A stretch of DNA of 51,925 nt from positions 1-51,925 of the forward strand of contig JAJDNN010000049.1 of NCBI GenBank assembly GCA_022340685.1, given 5' to 3'. The position numbers and the translations under genes were made by a program. This DNA is from Pseudomonadota bacterium. GTDB taxonomy: Bacteria > Pseudomonadota > Gammaproteobacteria > UBA6429 > Thiohalophilaceae. The notes under the pieces are model-generated. The model saw only the letters and a list, made by a program, of their open reading frames with translations. It made no database searches and had not been told where the DNA came from. Positions 32,036 to 41,624 of the stretch are shown here, in pieces (position 1 is the stretch's first letter; the number at the start of each line of letters is the position of its first letter).

Positions 32036-33301
32036 TCAATTTTCGCTGTCTTTCAGATCGAACAGCTCGCGTGCCTTGTCGAGCAGGTCTTCCCGACCCT
32101 CGAAAGCGGCACGATTCATCTGCACAGTGGGTTGGTGCAGCAGCTTGTTGGTCAGGGTACGGGCCAGTTCGTTCATCACTTCATTCGCGTCCTTACCGGC
32201 GGCAATCTGGCGTTGAGCTTGTTGCAGGGCTCTATCCCTGATTTGTTCGGCCTGCTCGCGGTAACTGCGGATCACGTCGACGGCTTCCAGGGAACGCAGC
32301 CAACCCATGTAATGTTCTACCTGGGTTTCGATAATTTCCTCGGCCAATTGTGCTGCTTCTTCGCGCGACTGGCGGCCTTCCTCGATGACCTCATGCAGGT
32401 CATCGACAGTGTAGAGATAGACGTCAGACAGTTCCCCGACTTCCGGTTCAATGTCGCGCGGCACGGCGATATCCACCATGAAAACAGGGCGATGTTTACG
32501 CAGTTTGAGGGCCCGTTCCACGGCACCCTTGCCGAGGATAGGTAACTGGCTGGCAGTGGAGGCGATCACAATGTCGGCATCCACGAGTCGTTCGGGTATA
32601 TCGGCCAGCGCGATAGCTTCACCACGGCTGAACTGATCAGCCAGCAACCGGGCGCGTTCTACCGTGCGGTTGGCCACGATGATGGTTTTAACCTGTTGCT
32701 CGCTGAGGTGACGTGCCACCAGCTCGATAGTGTCACCAGCTCCAATCAGTAGCGCCGTGTGTTGGTCCAGACTGGAGAATATCTGCCGCGCCAGGCTTAC
32801 CGCGGCAAAGGCCACCGACACCGGGCTGGAGCCAATCGCCGTGTCGGTACGCACCTGCTTGGCCACCAGGAAGGTGTGTTGGAATAGCCGATTGAGTTGT
32901 TGGCCGAGGGTACCCGCTTGACTGGCGGCATGGTAAGCATCCTTGATCTGGCCGAGGATCTGCGGTTCTCCCAATACCAGTGAGTCCAGACCGCTGGCAA
33001 CGCGCAGGATGTGCTGGACGGCGGCATGGTCCAGGTGGGTATAGACATACGGGTCCAGATCGGTGGCGCTCAGGTGGTGGTATTCGCGGAACCAGTCAAT
33101 TACTGCCAGGCTGTCCGGATCGTCGAGGCCACAGTACAGTTCCGTACGGTTGCAGGTGGAAACGATAGCAGCTTCACTGATTGCGGTATGGCTCTGCAGG
33201 TCGTGCAGCGCCGCTTCGAGCCGGTCCGGCGCAAAGGCCACTTTCTCCCGGATCGCAACCGGGGCTGTCTTGTGGTTGATACCGAATGCCAGTAATGTCA
33301 C
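32036..33301 (-). CDS. hemA: Glutamyl-tRNA reductase
   Basis: 421 aa. [32 protein letters not shown] and [13 protein letters not shown]. Confidence 0.95.
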   Translation of the reverse strand: MTLLAFGINHKTAPVAIREKVAFAPDRLEAALHDLQSHTAISEAAIVSTCNRTELYCGLDDPDSLAVIDWFREYHHLSATDLDPYVYTHLDHAAVQHILRVASGLDSLVLGEPQILGQIKDAYHAASQAGTLGQQLNRLFQHTFLVAKQVRTDTAIGSSPVSVAFAAVSLARQIFSSLDQHTALLIGAGDTIELVARHLSEQQVKTIIVANRTVERARLLADQFSRGEAIALADIPERLVDADIVIASTASQLPILGKGAVERALKLRKHRPVFMVDIAVPRDIEPEVGELSDVYLYTVDDLHEVIEEGRQSREEAAQLAEEIIETQVEHYMGWLRSLEAVDVIRSYREQAEQIRDRALQQAQRQIAAGKDANEVMNELARTLTNKLLHQPTVQMNRAAFEGREDLLDKARELFDLKDSEN

Positions 33302-33476
33302 GGGGAGCCTGTAGATGGTTAGAATCGAAAAATGTGGGACAAGCCCTTGAAAAAATGGGGATCGTCAACCAATTTACAATGTATGACGTATTATAAAGGT
33401 AAAACCGCCCAAAGTCGGTTATCATTTCTTCAAGCGCGGCGGTGATTCCACTACTGTGCCTGTTATTCAGGATGTC

Positions 33477-35279
33477 ATGATGAAATTCCATTTCTATTTC
33501 CTGCCGCTGCTATTCCTCGCCTTTCAGGGTTGCACTTCGCCACCGGTCAAACCGGTGGCGCCGGATAATACCTCTACAGCGGCACCCGTTACAAAGGCGG
33601 ATACGCCGGCCAAACCGGCGGCCGGGGTCGAGGAACAGAAGGTTGCGCCCGCGCCACAGCCAAAGGTTAGTGTCGCCACGCCGCCGGCGTCTCCTGAACT
33701 GACCGGTGAAATTTTGTATTACATTTTGTCCGCTGAAATTGCCGGCCAGCGTGGCCAGATGAAAATAGCGGCATTGATGTATCTCAAGGCGGCCGAAGTA
33801 TCCAAGGATCTGGCAATTATTGAACGGGCCACCCGGGTATCAGTGTATGCACGGGATGATGTGAGCGCGCTCAAGGCGGCAAAATTGTGGGCCGCACAGC
33901 AACCGGACAGTATTGACGCGAACCAGGTTATTGCCGCGCTGTTGTTACGGCAGGGTAATGTCGATGCGTCGATCCCCTATTTCAAGAAGGTGTTGGACAG
34001 TGAGCAGCTCTCCAGCCAGAACGGCTTTCTACTCATCACCTCGCTGCTCAGTAAGGAGAAGGACAAGCAGGCCGCCCTTGATGTTATGGAGCAACTTATC
34101 GACGGGCGCGAGGATGAACCGGAAGCGATGTACGCCTATGCGCACCTGGCAATGCTGGTCGGTGAGCTGCAAGTAGCGGAAAGTACCGTCAACCAGGTGC
34201 TGGAAGTGCGGCCCGAATGGACTGATGCCCATATTCTGCGGGCCAATATTCTGTTGCGTGAGGGCAAAACCGAAGAAGTTATGAGCCTGATGAAACAGGC
34301 AGTGGACAACTATCCCGAAAACAAATCACTGCGCCTGTTCTATGCCCGCAAGCTGGTGGACGAAAAGCACTTTAAGCAGGGGCGGGACCAATTCGCGATC
34401 CTGCTTGAGCAGCAACCGGAATCAATGGACTCGGTGTATGCGCTGGGTCTGCTCAACCTGCAGTTGCAGGACACTGCCGAGGCCAGAAAATATTTTGAAA
34501 TGCTGATCGAGTCTGACAGTCGTGTAGCAGAGGCCCATTATTATCTTGGTCAATCGTATGAAATCGATAAGCAGGACGAAGCTGCTATCCGTGAATACGG
34601 CGAGATCCGTGACGGAAATTTGTATATTGATGCACAGATCCGAATCGCCATTCTGTTGGCCAGGCAGGGAAATATTGATGCAGCGCGGGAACGATTGCAG
34701 ACAGTCTCTGCCCCGACTCTGGATACGGAGTTGCGCCTGTATCTGGCGGAAGGGGAAATCCTGATTCAGGCCGGGCAGTATCTTCAGGCGTATGATGTGT
34801 ACACGGTGGCCCTGCAAGAGATGCCGGACAATATCCAACTGCTATATGCGCGTGCCTTAACGGCAGAAAAGTTGGACAGAGTGGGAAAAGCCATTGACGA
34901 TTTCAAACGTATTATCAAGCTGGAACCCAGTAATGTCGAAGCGTTGAACGCACTTGGCTATACCATGGTCGACAAGACTCCCCATGTCGAAGAAGGCATG
35001 CGTTATATCGAACAGGCCTACAAGATGAAACCGGATGATGCGGCCATTCTGGATAGCATGGGCTGGGGTTATTATCGCCTTGGGGAACATAAAAAAGCCC
35101 TGCGTTACCTGCAACAAGCGTTCAATAAAATGAAGGACCCCGAAATTGCCGCCCATCTGGGGGAAGTATTGTGGGTGAATGGTGATCACGCCGGAGCTCA
35201 ACAAGTCTGGGCCGATGCGCTGCGGGAAACACCCGAGGACAAGATCCTGATTAACGTCATCGAGCGTTTTACCAAATGA
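33477..35279 (+). CDS. Tetratricopeptide-repeat protein with signal peptide (possible lipoprotein)
   Basis: Trimmed to MMKFHFYFLPLLFLAFQGC. An Ala/Pro-rich linker is followed by many TPR-like repeats. Same position as the TPR gene upstream of lolB in Pseudomonas. Confidence 0.75.
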   Translation: MMKFHFYFLPLLFLAFQGCTSPPVKPVAPDNTSTAAPVTKADTPAKPAAGVEEQKVAPAPQPKVSVATPPASPELTGEILYYILSAEIAGQRGQMKIAALMYLKAAEVSKDLAIIERATRVSVYARDDVSALKAAKLWAAQQPDSIDANQVIAALLLRQGNVDASIPYFKKVLDSEQLSSQNGFLLITSLLSKEKDKQAALDVMEQLIDGREDEPEAMYAYAHLAMLVGELQVAESTVNQVLEVRPEWTDAHILRANILLREGKTEEVMSLMKQAVDNYPENKSLRLFYARKLVDEKHFKQGRDQFAILLEQQPESMDSVYALGLLNLQLQDTAEARKYFEMLIESDSRVAEAHYYLGQSYEIDKQDEAAIREYGEIRDGNLYIDAQIRIAILLARQGNIDAARERLQTVSAPTLDTELRLYLAEGEILIQAGQYLQAYDVYTVALQEMPDNIQLLYARALTAEKLDRVGKAIDDFKRIIKLEPSNVEALNALGYTMVDKTPHVEEGMRYIEQAYKMKPDDAAILDSMGWGYYRLGEHKKALRYLQQAFNKMKDPEIAAHLGEVLWVNGDHAGAQQVWADALRETPEDKILINVIERFTK

Positions 35280-35875
35280 AGTTGCTGGCAGGGCTTGTTG
35301 TCCTGCTGCTTGTGGGATGCGCCGGTCCGGCATCAATCAAGTCTGCCGACCCCCAGCAGGCGTGGCAGGCTCGCAAGCTTACGCTGGGCCAGTTGGCTGA
35401 GTGGCGCATGAGCGGACGCGTGTCCATAGTGCGTGGTTCCGAAGTCTGGTATCTCAATGTGCGTTGGAGCCAGCACAATGCCAACTATGACATTTATATT
35501 TCCGGTCCCCTTGGTACTGCTCCGGCCCGGCTGAGAGGGGATTATGAACAGGTTGCCCTGTACGACGCCGATCAACGCGTCTATACAGCAACCAATCCGG
35601 AACGGCTGCTCTATGATCATACCGGTATCTATATGCCGGTTTCCGGTTTGCGGTATTGGGTACTCGGTCTGCCGGATCCGGGTGATAACCATACCGGTAG
35701 TCTGGTTCTGGATGATTACGGTCGTTTGACGACATTACAGCAACAAGACTGGCAGGTGCTGATGAGTGACTATACCGATGTGGGTCACCTGCAGTTGCCG
35801 GAACGGCTGGAGATCCGGCGCAATGACGTGACTGTCAAACTGGTGGTGGATGACTGGCGTCTCACGCCGGGTTGA
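35276..35875 (+). CDS. lolB: Outer-membrane lipoprotein receptor LolB
   Basis: 199 aa. Lipobox LLLVGCAGP. ATGA-type overlap with the TPR gene. Conserved position upstream of ispE. Confidence 0.85.
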   Translation: MKLLAGLVVLLLVGCAGPASIKSADPQQAWQARKLTLGQLAEWRMSGRVSIVRGSEVWYLNVRWSQHNANYDIYISGPLGTAPARLRGDYEQVALYDADQRVYTATNPERLLYDHTGIYMPVSGLRYWVLGLPDPGDNHTGSLVLDDYGRLTTLQQQDWQVLMSDYTDVGHLQLPERLEIRRNDVTVKLVVDDWRLTPG

Positions 35876-35922
35876 ACCGGCCGGTTGAACTCCCCTTTTT
35901 TGTTGCCATTGAAACTCCCGGC

Positions 35923-36489
35923 ATGCCCAATTCCCGACGTCAGTATTTATCCGCTCTCCTCAAGGTCTTGATCATGGCTGGACTGGTGGTGGCGGCAATC
36001 CCGTTCATCGCCAGCTTGCGCGAGGGGCCGGTCGAGACGGGACGCCACAATCCATGGCAAGTGGAAGTCGATCTATCGGATCTGTCTGTCGACCGGGTTA
36101 AACGGGTGGACTGGCCGGGCGGTGAAGTGTGGATCACCCGGCGTAGTCCGGCCGAAATACAGCGGATCCAGTCTGCTGCCTCACCGCCCCTGCGCGATCC
36201 CGATTCGCACCTCAGCCGTCAGCCAGCGGTGGCGAATACTTCATTTCGCTCCCTGCGGGCGGATATTTTTGTCTTCCTGCCCCGCGAGACCCAGCGTGGA
36301 TGTCACATCCATTCAGTCGAACTGGAGGATGGCCGACCGGGATTTGTTGAGCCGTGCTACGGCGCCCGCTTCGACAGCGCCGGACGGATATTCCGCGATA
36401 GCGGTCGCCCCGAGCAACGCAACCTTCCTGTTCCGCCGTACGAACTGCTGCCGGGCAATCGCCTGAGGTTACTACAGCAAACAAGATAG
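35923..36489 (+). CDS. bc1-type Rieske-domain paralogue lacking the box II [2Fe-2S] ligands, with a Tat-like signal anchor
   Basis: The ATG at 35923 gives MPNSRRQYLSALLKVLIMAGLVVAAIPF, a twin-arginine motif plus a TM helix. The track start is TTG at 35872. WPGGEVWITRRSPAEIQ and EPCYGARFDSAGRIFRDSGRPEQRNLPVPPY align by eye with bc1 Rieske W.GKPVFIRRRT..EI and [22 protein letters not shown].IP, but the ligand Cys and His positions are replaced (E and Y). Confidence 0.6.
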   Translation: MPNSRRQYLSALLKVLIMAGLVVAAIPFIASLREGPVETGRHNPWQVEVDLSDLSVDRVKRVDWPGGEVWITRRSPAEIQRIQSAASPPLRDPDSHLSRQPAVANTSFRSLRADIFVFLPRETQRGCHIHSVELEDGRPGFVEPCYGARFDSAGRIFRDSGRPEQRNLPVPPYELLPGNRLRLLQQTR

Positions 36490-36590
36490 AGGGGGCGTCC
36501 GATTGCCATGGATTCGTTAAAGGTGGCAGTGGATATCCTGTTGCGCAGATTTAATCGGACCGGTTCCCTCCACCCGCGAAACCATCGACA

Positions 36591-37490
36591 ATGCAAACCA
36601 TGAGCACAGATTCCGATAACGGTGGATTCTGGCCGGCGCCGGCCAAGCTGAATCTGTTTTTGCACATTACCGGGCAGCGGGCCGACGGCTTTCATACGCT
36701 GCAGACCGTATTCCAGTTTCTCGACTTCGGTGACAGGTTACGCTTCCGAGTGCGGGACGACGGCGTGGTCAGCCGTACCCGTGACTTGCCGGGTGTTCCC
36801 GAAGCTGAAGATCTGGTGGTGCGGGCAGCTCGCCTGCTGCAAACAGTGAGTGGTGTACCGCAAGGGGCTGATATCGAAATCGACAAACACATCCCGATGG
36901 GTGGTGGCCTTGGCGGCGGCAGCAGCGACGCGGCCACCACCCTGGTGGCCTTGAATCGGCAGTGGGACTGCGGATTCGGTGAAGATGACCTGGCCCGGAT
37001 GGGACAGGAACTGGGGGCGGATGTGCCGGTATTCGTACGGGGCCAGGCGGCCTGGGCCGAAGGAATCGGGGAAATATTGACCCCGGTGATCTTGCCCGAG
37101 CCCTGGTTTGTGGTGCTTTGTCCCGCGTTAAGTGTTTCTACGGCAGAGGTTTTTTCCCTTCCGCAATTGCGGCGGGATTGTCCACCCATTACAATACGCG
37201 ACTTTCTCGATGGCAGGGACGTAGAAAATGTGTGCGAACCGCCGGTCCGGGCTCGCTATCCGGAGGTGGAAGCGGCCTTGCGCGATCTGGCTGTGTGGGC
37301 ACCGGCACACATGACAGGTACCGGTGCCTGTATATTTGCCCCCTTCGACAGTGAAATGAAAGCGCGGCAGGTTTTTGCGGAACTGATGGAGCGCTGGCCG
37401 GGGTTCGTGGCCAAAGGATGCAATATCAGTCCACTTCGCGCCAGGGACGAGGAATGCAGGAATGAGACAGCGTCGGGAACCCGATCTTGA
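36591..37490 (+). CDS. ispE: 4-diphosphocytidyl-2-C-methyl-D-erythritol kinase
   Basis: 299 aa. WPAPAKLNLFLHITG and IPMGGGLGGGSSDAATTL (GHMP kinase motif). Confidence 0.93.
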   Translation: MQTMSTDSDNGGFWPAPAKLNLFLHITGQRADGFHTLQTVFQFLDFGDRLRFRVRDDGVVSRTRDLPGVPEAEDLVVRAARLLQTVSGVPQGADIEIDKHIPMGGGLGGGSSDAATTLVALNRQWDCGFGEDDLARMGQELGADVPVFVRGQAAWAEGIGEILTPVILPEPWFVVLCPALSVSTAEVFSLPQLRRDCPPITIRDFLDGRDVENVCEPPVRARYPEVEAALRDLAVWAPAHMTGTGACIFAPFDSEMKARQVFAELMERWPGFVAKGCNISPLRARDEECRNETASGTRS

Positions 37491-37571
37491 GGGGCGCGAC
37501 AGGTAAACGACAACGGTTCAGTCTGGTGCAGGATGGATGCAGGGGCAAAGCCCGGTTTTCCTCAGCCACGC

Positions 37572-37592
37572 GTTCCTGGTTCCTGGTTCCTG
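37572..37592. repeat. Perfect tandem heptamer (GTTCCTG)x3
   Basis: Read directly as cGTTCCTGGTTCCTGGTTCCTGgc, 14 nt upstream of tRNA-Gln in the ispE/tRNA spacer. Confidence 0.9.
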
Positions 37593-37605
37593 GCTACTGA
37601 TTTAT

Positions 37606-37680
37606 TGGGCCGTCGCCAAGCGGTAAGGCACTGGGTTTTGATCCCAGCATTCGCAGGTTCGAATCCTGCCGGCCCAGCCA
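37606..37680 (+). tRNA. tRNA-Gln (anticodon UUG)
   Basis: 75 nt: TGGGCCG/CGGCCCA acceptor stem, CTGGG-TTTTGAT-CCCAG anticodon arm (UUG), GCAGG-TTCGAAT-CCTGC T-arm, encoded GCCA tail. Same ispE-tRNA-Gln-prs position as in Pseudomonas. Confidence 0.9.
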
Positions 37681-37757
37681 TATGTTAAGTAGCGGGTATT
37701 GTCTGACGAGTTATTTCGCCGAAAAGAGATTCTGGGACACAGTTTGCCGGGGGTAGT

Positions 37758-38711
37758 GTGGCTGATAGCAACATGATGGTGTTTACGGGTAATTCAAACC
37801 CGCAGCTGGCGCATGACATTGCGGCCCGGCTGGGTATGCCAGTGGGCAACGCCGTAGTGGGCCAGTTCAGCGACGGCGAAGTGATGGTGGAGGTAATGGA
37901 GAATGTCCGTGGCAAGGACATCTTTATAGTACAGCCAACCTGCGCACCGTCGAACGATAATCTGATGGAGTTGCTGGTGATGGTTGATGCCATCCGACGT
38001 TCCTCCGCGGCCCGCATCACGGCGGTGGTGCCGTACTTCGGTTACGCCCGCCAGGATCGGCGACCACGCTCGGCCCGGGTTCCCATCACGGCCAAGGTCG
38101 TGGCAGATATGATCGGGGTGGTGGGTACGGACCGCGTTTTGACAGTGGACCTGCATGCGGATCAGATCCAGGGCTTTTTCGATATTCCGGTCGATAACGT
38201 CTATGCCTCGCCAATTTTACTGGGAGACATCTGGCGCCAAAAGTACGATGATTTGATCGTCGTATCGCCGGACGTCGGTGGGGTAGTGAGGGCCCGGGCA
38301 ATTGCCAAGCGGCTTGATGACGCGGACCTTGCGATTATCGACAAACGCCGGCCGCGGCCGAATGAGGCCAAAATAATGAATATTATTGGTGATGTGGAAG
38401 GCCGTTCCTGCATCATCGTCGACGACATGGTGGACACCGCAGGCACGCTGTGCCAGGCGGCTGGCGCGCTGAAAGAACATGGCGCGGCAAAAGTAGTGGC
38501 CTATTGCAGTCATGCGGTTCTTTCAGGACCTGCAGTGGACAACATTTCCAATTCCAAGCTGGATGAACTGGTGGTGACCGATTCAATTCCGCTCTCCGAG
38601 GCCGCGCGGAAATGCGAACGAATCCGGCAATTGAGTATCGCTGAACTGCTGGCCGAAACCATGCGGCGCATCAGCAATGAAGAATCCGTTAGTTCACTGT
38701 ATGTGGACTGA
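37758..38711 (+). CDS. prs: Ribose-phosphate pyrophosphokinase
   Basis: 317 aa (GTG start; alternative ATG at 37773). [25 protein letters not shown] and [12 protein letters not shown]. Confidence 0.95.
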   Translation: MADSNMMVFTGNSNPQLAHDIAARLGMPVGNAVVGQFSDGEVMVEVMENVRGKDIFIVQPTCAPSNDNLMELLVMVDAIRRSSAARITAVVPYFGYARQDRRPRSARVPITAKVVADMIGVVGTDRVLTVDLHADQIQGFFDIPVDNVYASPILLGDIWRQKYDDLIVVSPDVGGVVRARAIAKRLDDADLAIIDKRRPRPNEAKIMNIIGDVEGRSCIIVDDMVDTAGTLCQAAGALKEHGAAKVVAYCSHAVLSGPAVDNISNSKLDELVVTDSIPLSEAARKCERIRQLSIAELLAETMRRISNEESVSSLYVD

Positions 38712-38794
38712 CACAACCACGTCACTTCTGGTCGCGGAAGTGGCGGCGTCAACCCGCTGGGTTGGCGTATTTAACCCGTAGAGGAGATAGACCA

Positions 38795-39460
38795 ATGAGC
38801 GAGAGCTTTGTGATTGAAGCCGAGCCACGTACAGACCTGGGGAAGGGTGCGAGCCGCCGCCTGCGTCGTGAAGGCAAGGTGCCCGCGATTGTGTATGGTG
38901 CAGGCAAGGAACCCGTATCAATAGCGTTGGAGCAAAATGTGTTGCTCCACCAGCTTGAAAATGAAGCCTTTTTGTCACACATCCTGACCGTCAAGGTGGG
39001 CGGCAGTGAGGAACAGGCCATTGTTAAGGATTTGCAACGCCATCCCAGCAAACCACGTGTACTGCATATGGATTTACTGCGTGTCAGCGCCAAGGAAAAA
39101 ATTCGCGTTACTGTTCCGCTGCACTTTTTGAATGAAGATATCGCACCTGGTGTGAAAGCCGGTGGCCTTGTCGCGCACAGTTTGACAGAGGTCGAAGTGT
39201 CCTGTCTGCCCAAGGACTTGCCAGAGTTTCTCGAAGTTGATCTGGCTGACGTCGATTTGGACGGAATTCTGCATCTGACCGACATCAAGTTGCCAAGTGG
39301 TGTTGAACTGGTTGAACTGACGCATGGCGAAGGTCACGACCTGCCCGTCATTAGTATTCACATGCCTCGTGCCGGTAAGGAAATCGAAGAAGAAGAGGCA
39401 GGTGAAGTCGCCGAAGGTGAAGCTGCCGAGAAAGGCGAGGCGCCTGGCGGGGAAGACTAA
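38795..39460 (+). CDS. rplY: 50S ribosomal protein L25 / general stress protein Ctc
   Basis: Trimmed to the ATG preceded by GAGGAG ([35 protein letters not shown]). Acidic C-terminal tail. Confidence 0.9.
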   Translation: MSESFVIEAEPRTDLGKGASRRLRREGKVPAIVYGAGKEPVSIALEQNVLLHQLENEAFLSHILTVKVGGSEEQAIVKDLQRHPSKPRVLHMDLLRVSAKEKIRVTVPLHFLNEDIAPGVKAGGLVAHSLTEVEVSCLPKDLPEFLEVDLADVDLDGILHLTDIKLPSGVELVELTHGEGHDLPVISIHMPRAGKEIEEEEAGEVAEGEAAEKGEAPGGED

Positions 39461-39493
39461 TTCCATTCCTGTATGCCGTTTCGGTAACCGGCG

Positions 39494-40096
39494 TTGTCAG
39501 CGCGTGTTGATCTTGTTGTCGGTCTGGGTAATCCCGGGCCAGAGTATGAGCACACGCGTCATAACGCCGGTTTCTGGTTTCTGGATGCCCTGGCGTACGC
39601 GCACAATGTGGGATTCCGGCAGGAGAAGAAATTCCACGGTGCCGTCGCGCGGATCGATGTTAATGGCCATGAAGTGTGGCTCCTCAAGCCCGATACATTT
39701 ATGAACCTTAGTGGTCAGGCCGTGCAGGCGCTGGCCAGTTTCTACAAAATTGAACTGACCCATATTCTGGTGGTTCATGACGATCTCGATCTTTCCCCTG
39801 GCATCGCCCGTCTCAAGCAGGGTGGCGGTCATGGCGGGCACAATGGCCTGCGTGACATCGCCAGCCGTATGGGGGGGAACGGGTTTTTACGATTACGCCT
39901 TGGTATTGGCCATCCGGGGGATCGGCAGAAAGTCACCGGCCATGTGCTGAAGAAGGCGACAGATGACGATCGCACCGAAATTGAACGTGCCATTGAACTG
40001 GCCATGCGCGTATTGCCGGATGTCGTCAACGGCGACCTGCAAAAGGCGATGAATCAGTTGCATTCGCAACCGGGAAACGGGACGCGTGACGAGTGA
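39494..40096 (+). CDS. pth: Peptidyl-tRNA hydrolase
   Basis: 200 aa (TTG start). LVVGLGNPGPEYEHTRHNAGF and GGGHGGHNGLRDI. Confidence 0.9.
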   Translation: MSARVDLVVGLGNPGPEYEHTRHNAGFWFLDALAYAHNVGFRQEKKFHGAVARIDVNGHEVWLLKPDTFMNLSGQAVQALASFYKIELTHILVVHDDLDLSPGIARLKQGGGHGGHNGLRDIASRMGGNGFLRLRLGIGHPGDRQKVTGHVLKKATDDDRTEIERAIELAMRVLPDVVNGDLQKAMNQLHSQPGNGTRDE

Positions 40097-40152
40097 AGTG
40101 GATTCCGCTCATGTCATCTGTCCCCCGTTTTCCGTAACTCGGAACTGAATAA

Positions 40153-41244
40153 ATGGGATTTAAATGTGGCATTGTAGGTTTGCCCAATGTAGGCAAGTCG
40201 ACCCTTTTCAATGCTCTGACCAAAGCGGGCATTCAGGCGGAAAACTATCCGTTCTGTACCATCGAGCCCAATGTGGGGGTGGTGCCGATGCCGGATCCCC
40301 GGCTTGATGCGCTGGCAGCCATTGTCAAACCGCAGCGGGTGTTGCCGACGACGATGGAATTTGTGGATATTGCCGGGTTGGTAGCGGGTGCGTCGAAGGG
40401 AGAGGGACTGGGTAACCAGTTTCTGGCCAATATCCGCGAGACTGATGCGATTGCCCAGGTGGTGCGCTGCTTCGGGAATGACGACGTCGTGCATGTGGCC
40501 GGCAAGGTCGATCCGCTCAATGATATTGAAGTCATCAATACGGAACTGGCGCTGGCCGATATCGACTCGGTAGAAAAAGCCATCAACAAGACGTCCAAAG
40601 TGGCCAAGTCGGGCGACAAGGATGCAAAAACCAGACTGGCTGTATTGGAGCGGATTCGGGAACACCTCAACCAGGGCGAACCGGTGCGGACGCTGGGGCT
40701 GGATGAAGACCAGCAAGTGCTGATCCGGGATCTTTTCCTGCTGACGATAAAACCCACCATGTATATCGCCAATGTGTCCGAGGATGGATTTGAAAACAAT
40801 CCATTGCTGGACGCAATGACCGGGTACGCGCAACGCGAAGGCGCACCAGTCGTCCCGGTTTGCGCCGCGATTGAAGCGGAAATGGTGGAGCTGGATGATG
40901 ATGAGAAGGCCGAGTTTCTGGCCGAGATGGGGCTCGATGAACCGGGACTGAACCGGGTGATCAGGGCCGGCTATGGTCTGCTTGGCCTGCAGACCTATTT
41001 TACCGCTGGAGTAAAGGAAGTGCGGGCCTGGACGGTATCCATCGGCGCCACCGCACCGCAGGCGGCCGGCGTGATCCATACTGACTTCGAGAAGGGGTTC
41101 ATCCGCGCTGAAGTGGTGTCCTACGATGATTTTATCCGGTATCAGGGTGAGCAGGGCGCCAAGGAAGCAGGCAAATTACGCCTGGAAGGCAAGGATTACA
41201 TTGTGCAGGACGGGGATGTGATGCATTTTCGCTTCAACGTCTAG
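40153..41244 (+). CDS. ychF: Ribosome-binding ATPase YchF
   Basis: 363 aa. [23 protein letters not shown] and the C-terminal [11 protein letters not shown]. Confidence 0.95.
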   Translation: MGFKCGIVGLPNVGKSTLFNALTKAGIQAENYPFCTIEPNVGVVPMPDPRLDALAAIVKPQRVLPTTMEFVDIAGLVAGASKGEGLGNQFLANIRETDAIAQVVRCFGNDDVVHVAGKVDPLNDIEVINTELALADIDSVEKAINKTSKVAKSGDKDAKTRLAVLERIREHLNQGEPVRTLGLDEDQQVLIRDLFLLTIKPTMYIANVSEDGFENNPLLDAMTGYAQREGAPVVPVCAAIEAEMVELDDDEKAEFLAEMGLDEPGLNRVIRAGYGLLGLQTYFTAGVKEVRAWTVSIGATAPQAAGVIHTDFEKGFIRAEVVSYDDFIRYQGEQGAKEAGKLRLEGKDYIVQDGDVMHFRFNV

Positions 41245-41356
41245 ACGCACTGACCCGCTTCGAGGGAACAGGAGAAACCGGTATAAAGTGATGGTAAGTA
41301 GTTGATTTGGATGGCGGTTCTTATCGCTTATCACCCCGGGTCAGGGCGCTCGCGGC

Positions 41357-41385
41357 TTGACATTAACGGGCCCTGAACGCAAAAT
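41357..41385 (+). promoter_or_regulatory. Candidate sigma70 promoter for tRNA-Met (TTGACA-17 nt-CAAAAT, then a GC-rich discriminator)
   Basis: Read directly as cTTGACAttaacgggccctgaacgCAAAATgcccgcc. The GC-rich discriminator is typical of stringently controlled stable-RNA promoters. The tRNA starts about 40 nt downstream. Confidence 0.35.
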
Positions 41386-41427
41386 GCCCGCCTTTCCGCC
41401 ACCGCAGACGGTGGTAGAGGTAACATT

Positions 41428-41504
<77 letters not shown>

Positions 41505-41519
41505 CATACAACAGGGACG

Positions 41520-41555
41520 GGCCGAGTGGCGATGAAATGCGACTCGGCCTTTTTT
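41520..41555 (+). terminator. Rho-independent terminator after tRNA-Met
   Basis: GGCCGAGT (41520-41527) pairs with ACTCGGCC (41542-41549) and is followed by TTTTTT. Confidence 0.6.
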
Positions 41556-41624
41556 CGTTTATACACTACGCTCCCCGCCACATTTCCCTTTCTGTCTAAT
41601 CACTTGCGCTAGAATGTTATAACG

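Noticed and set aside
40114-41079. 321-aa - strand ORF
   Set aside because: It is antisense to ychF (P-loop GLPNVGKST and a conserved C-terminus on the + strand). It is a shadow ORF.
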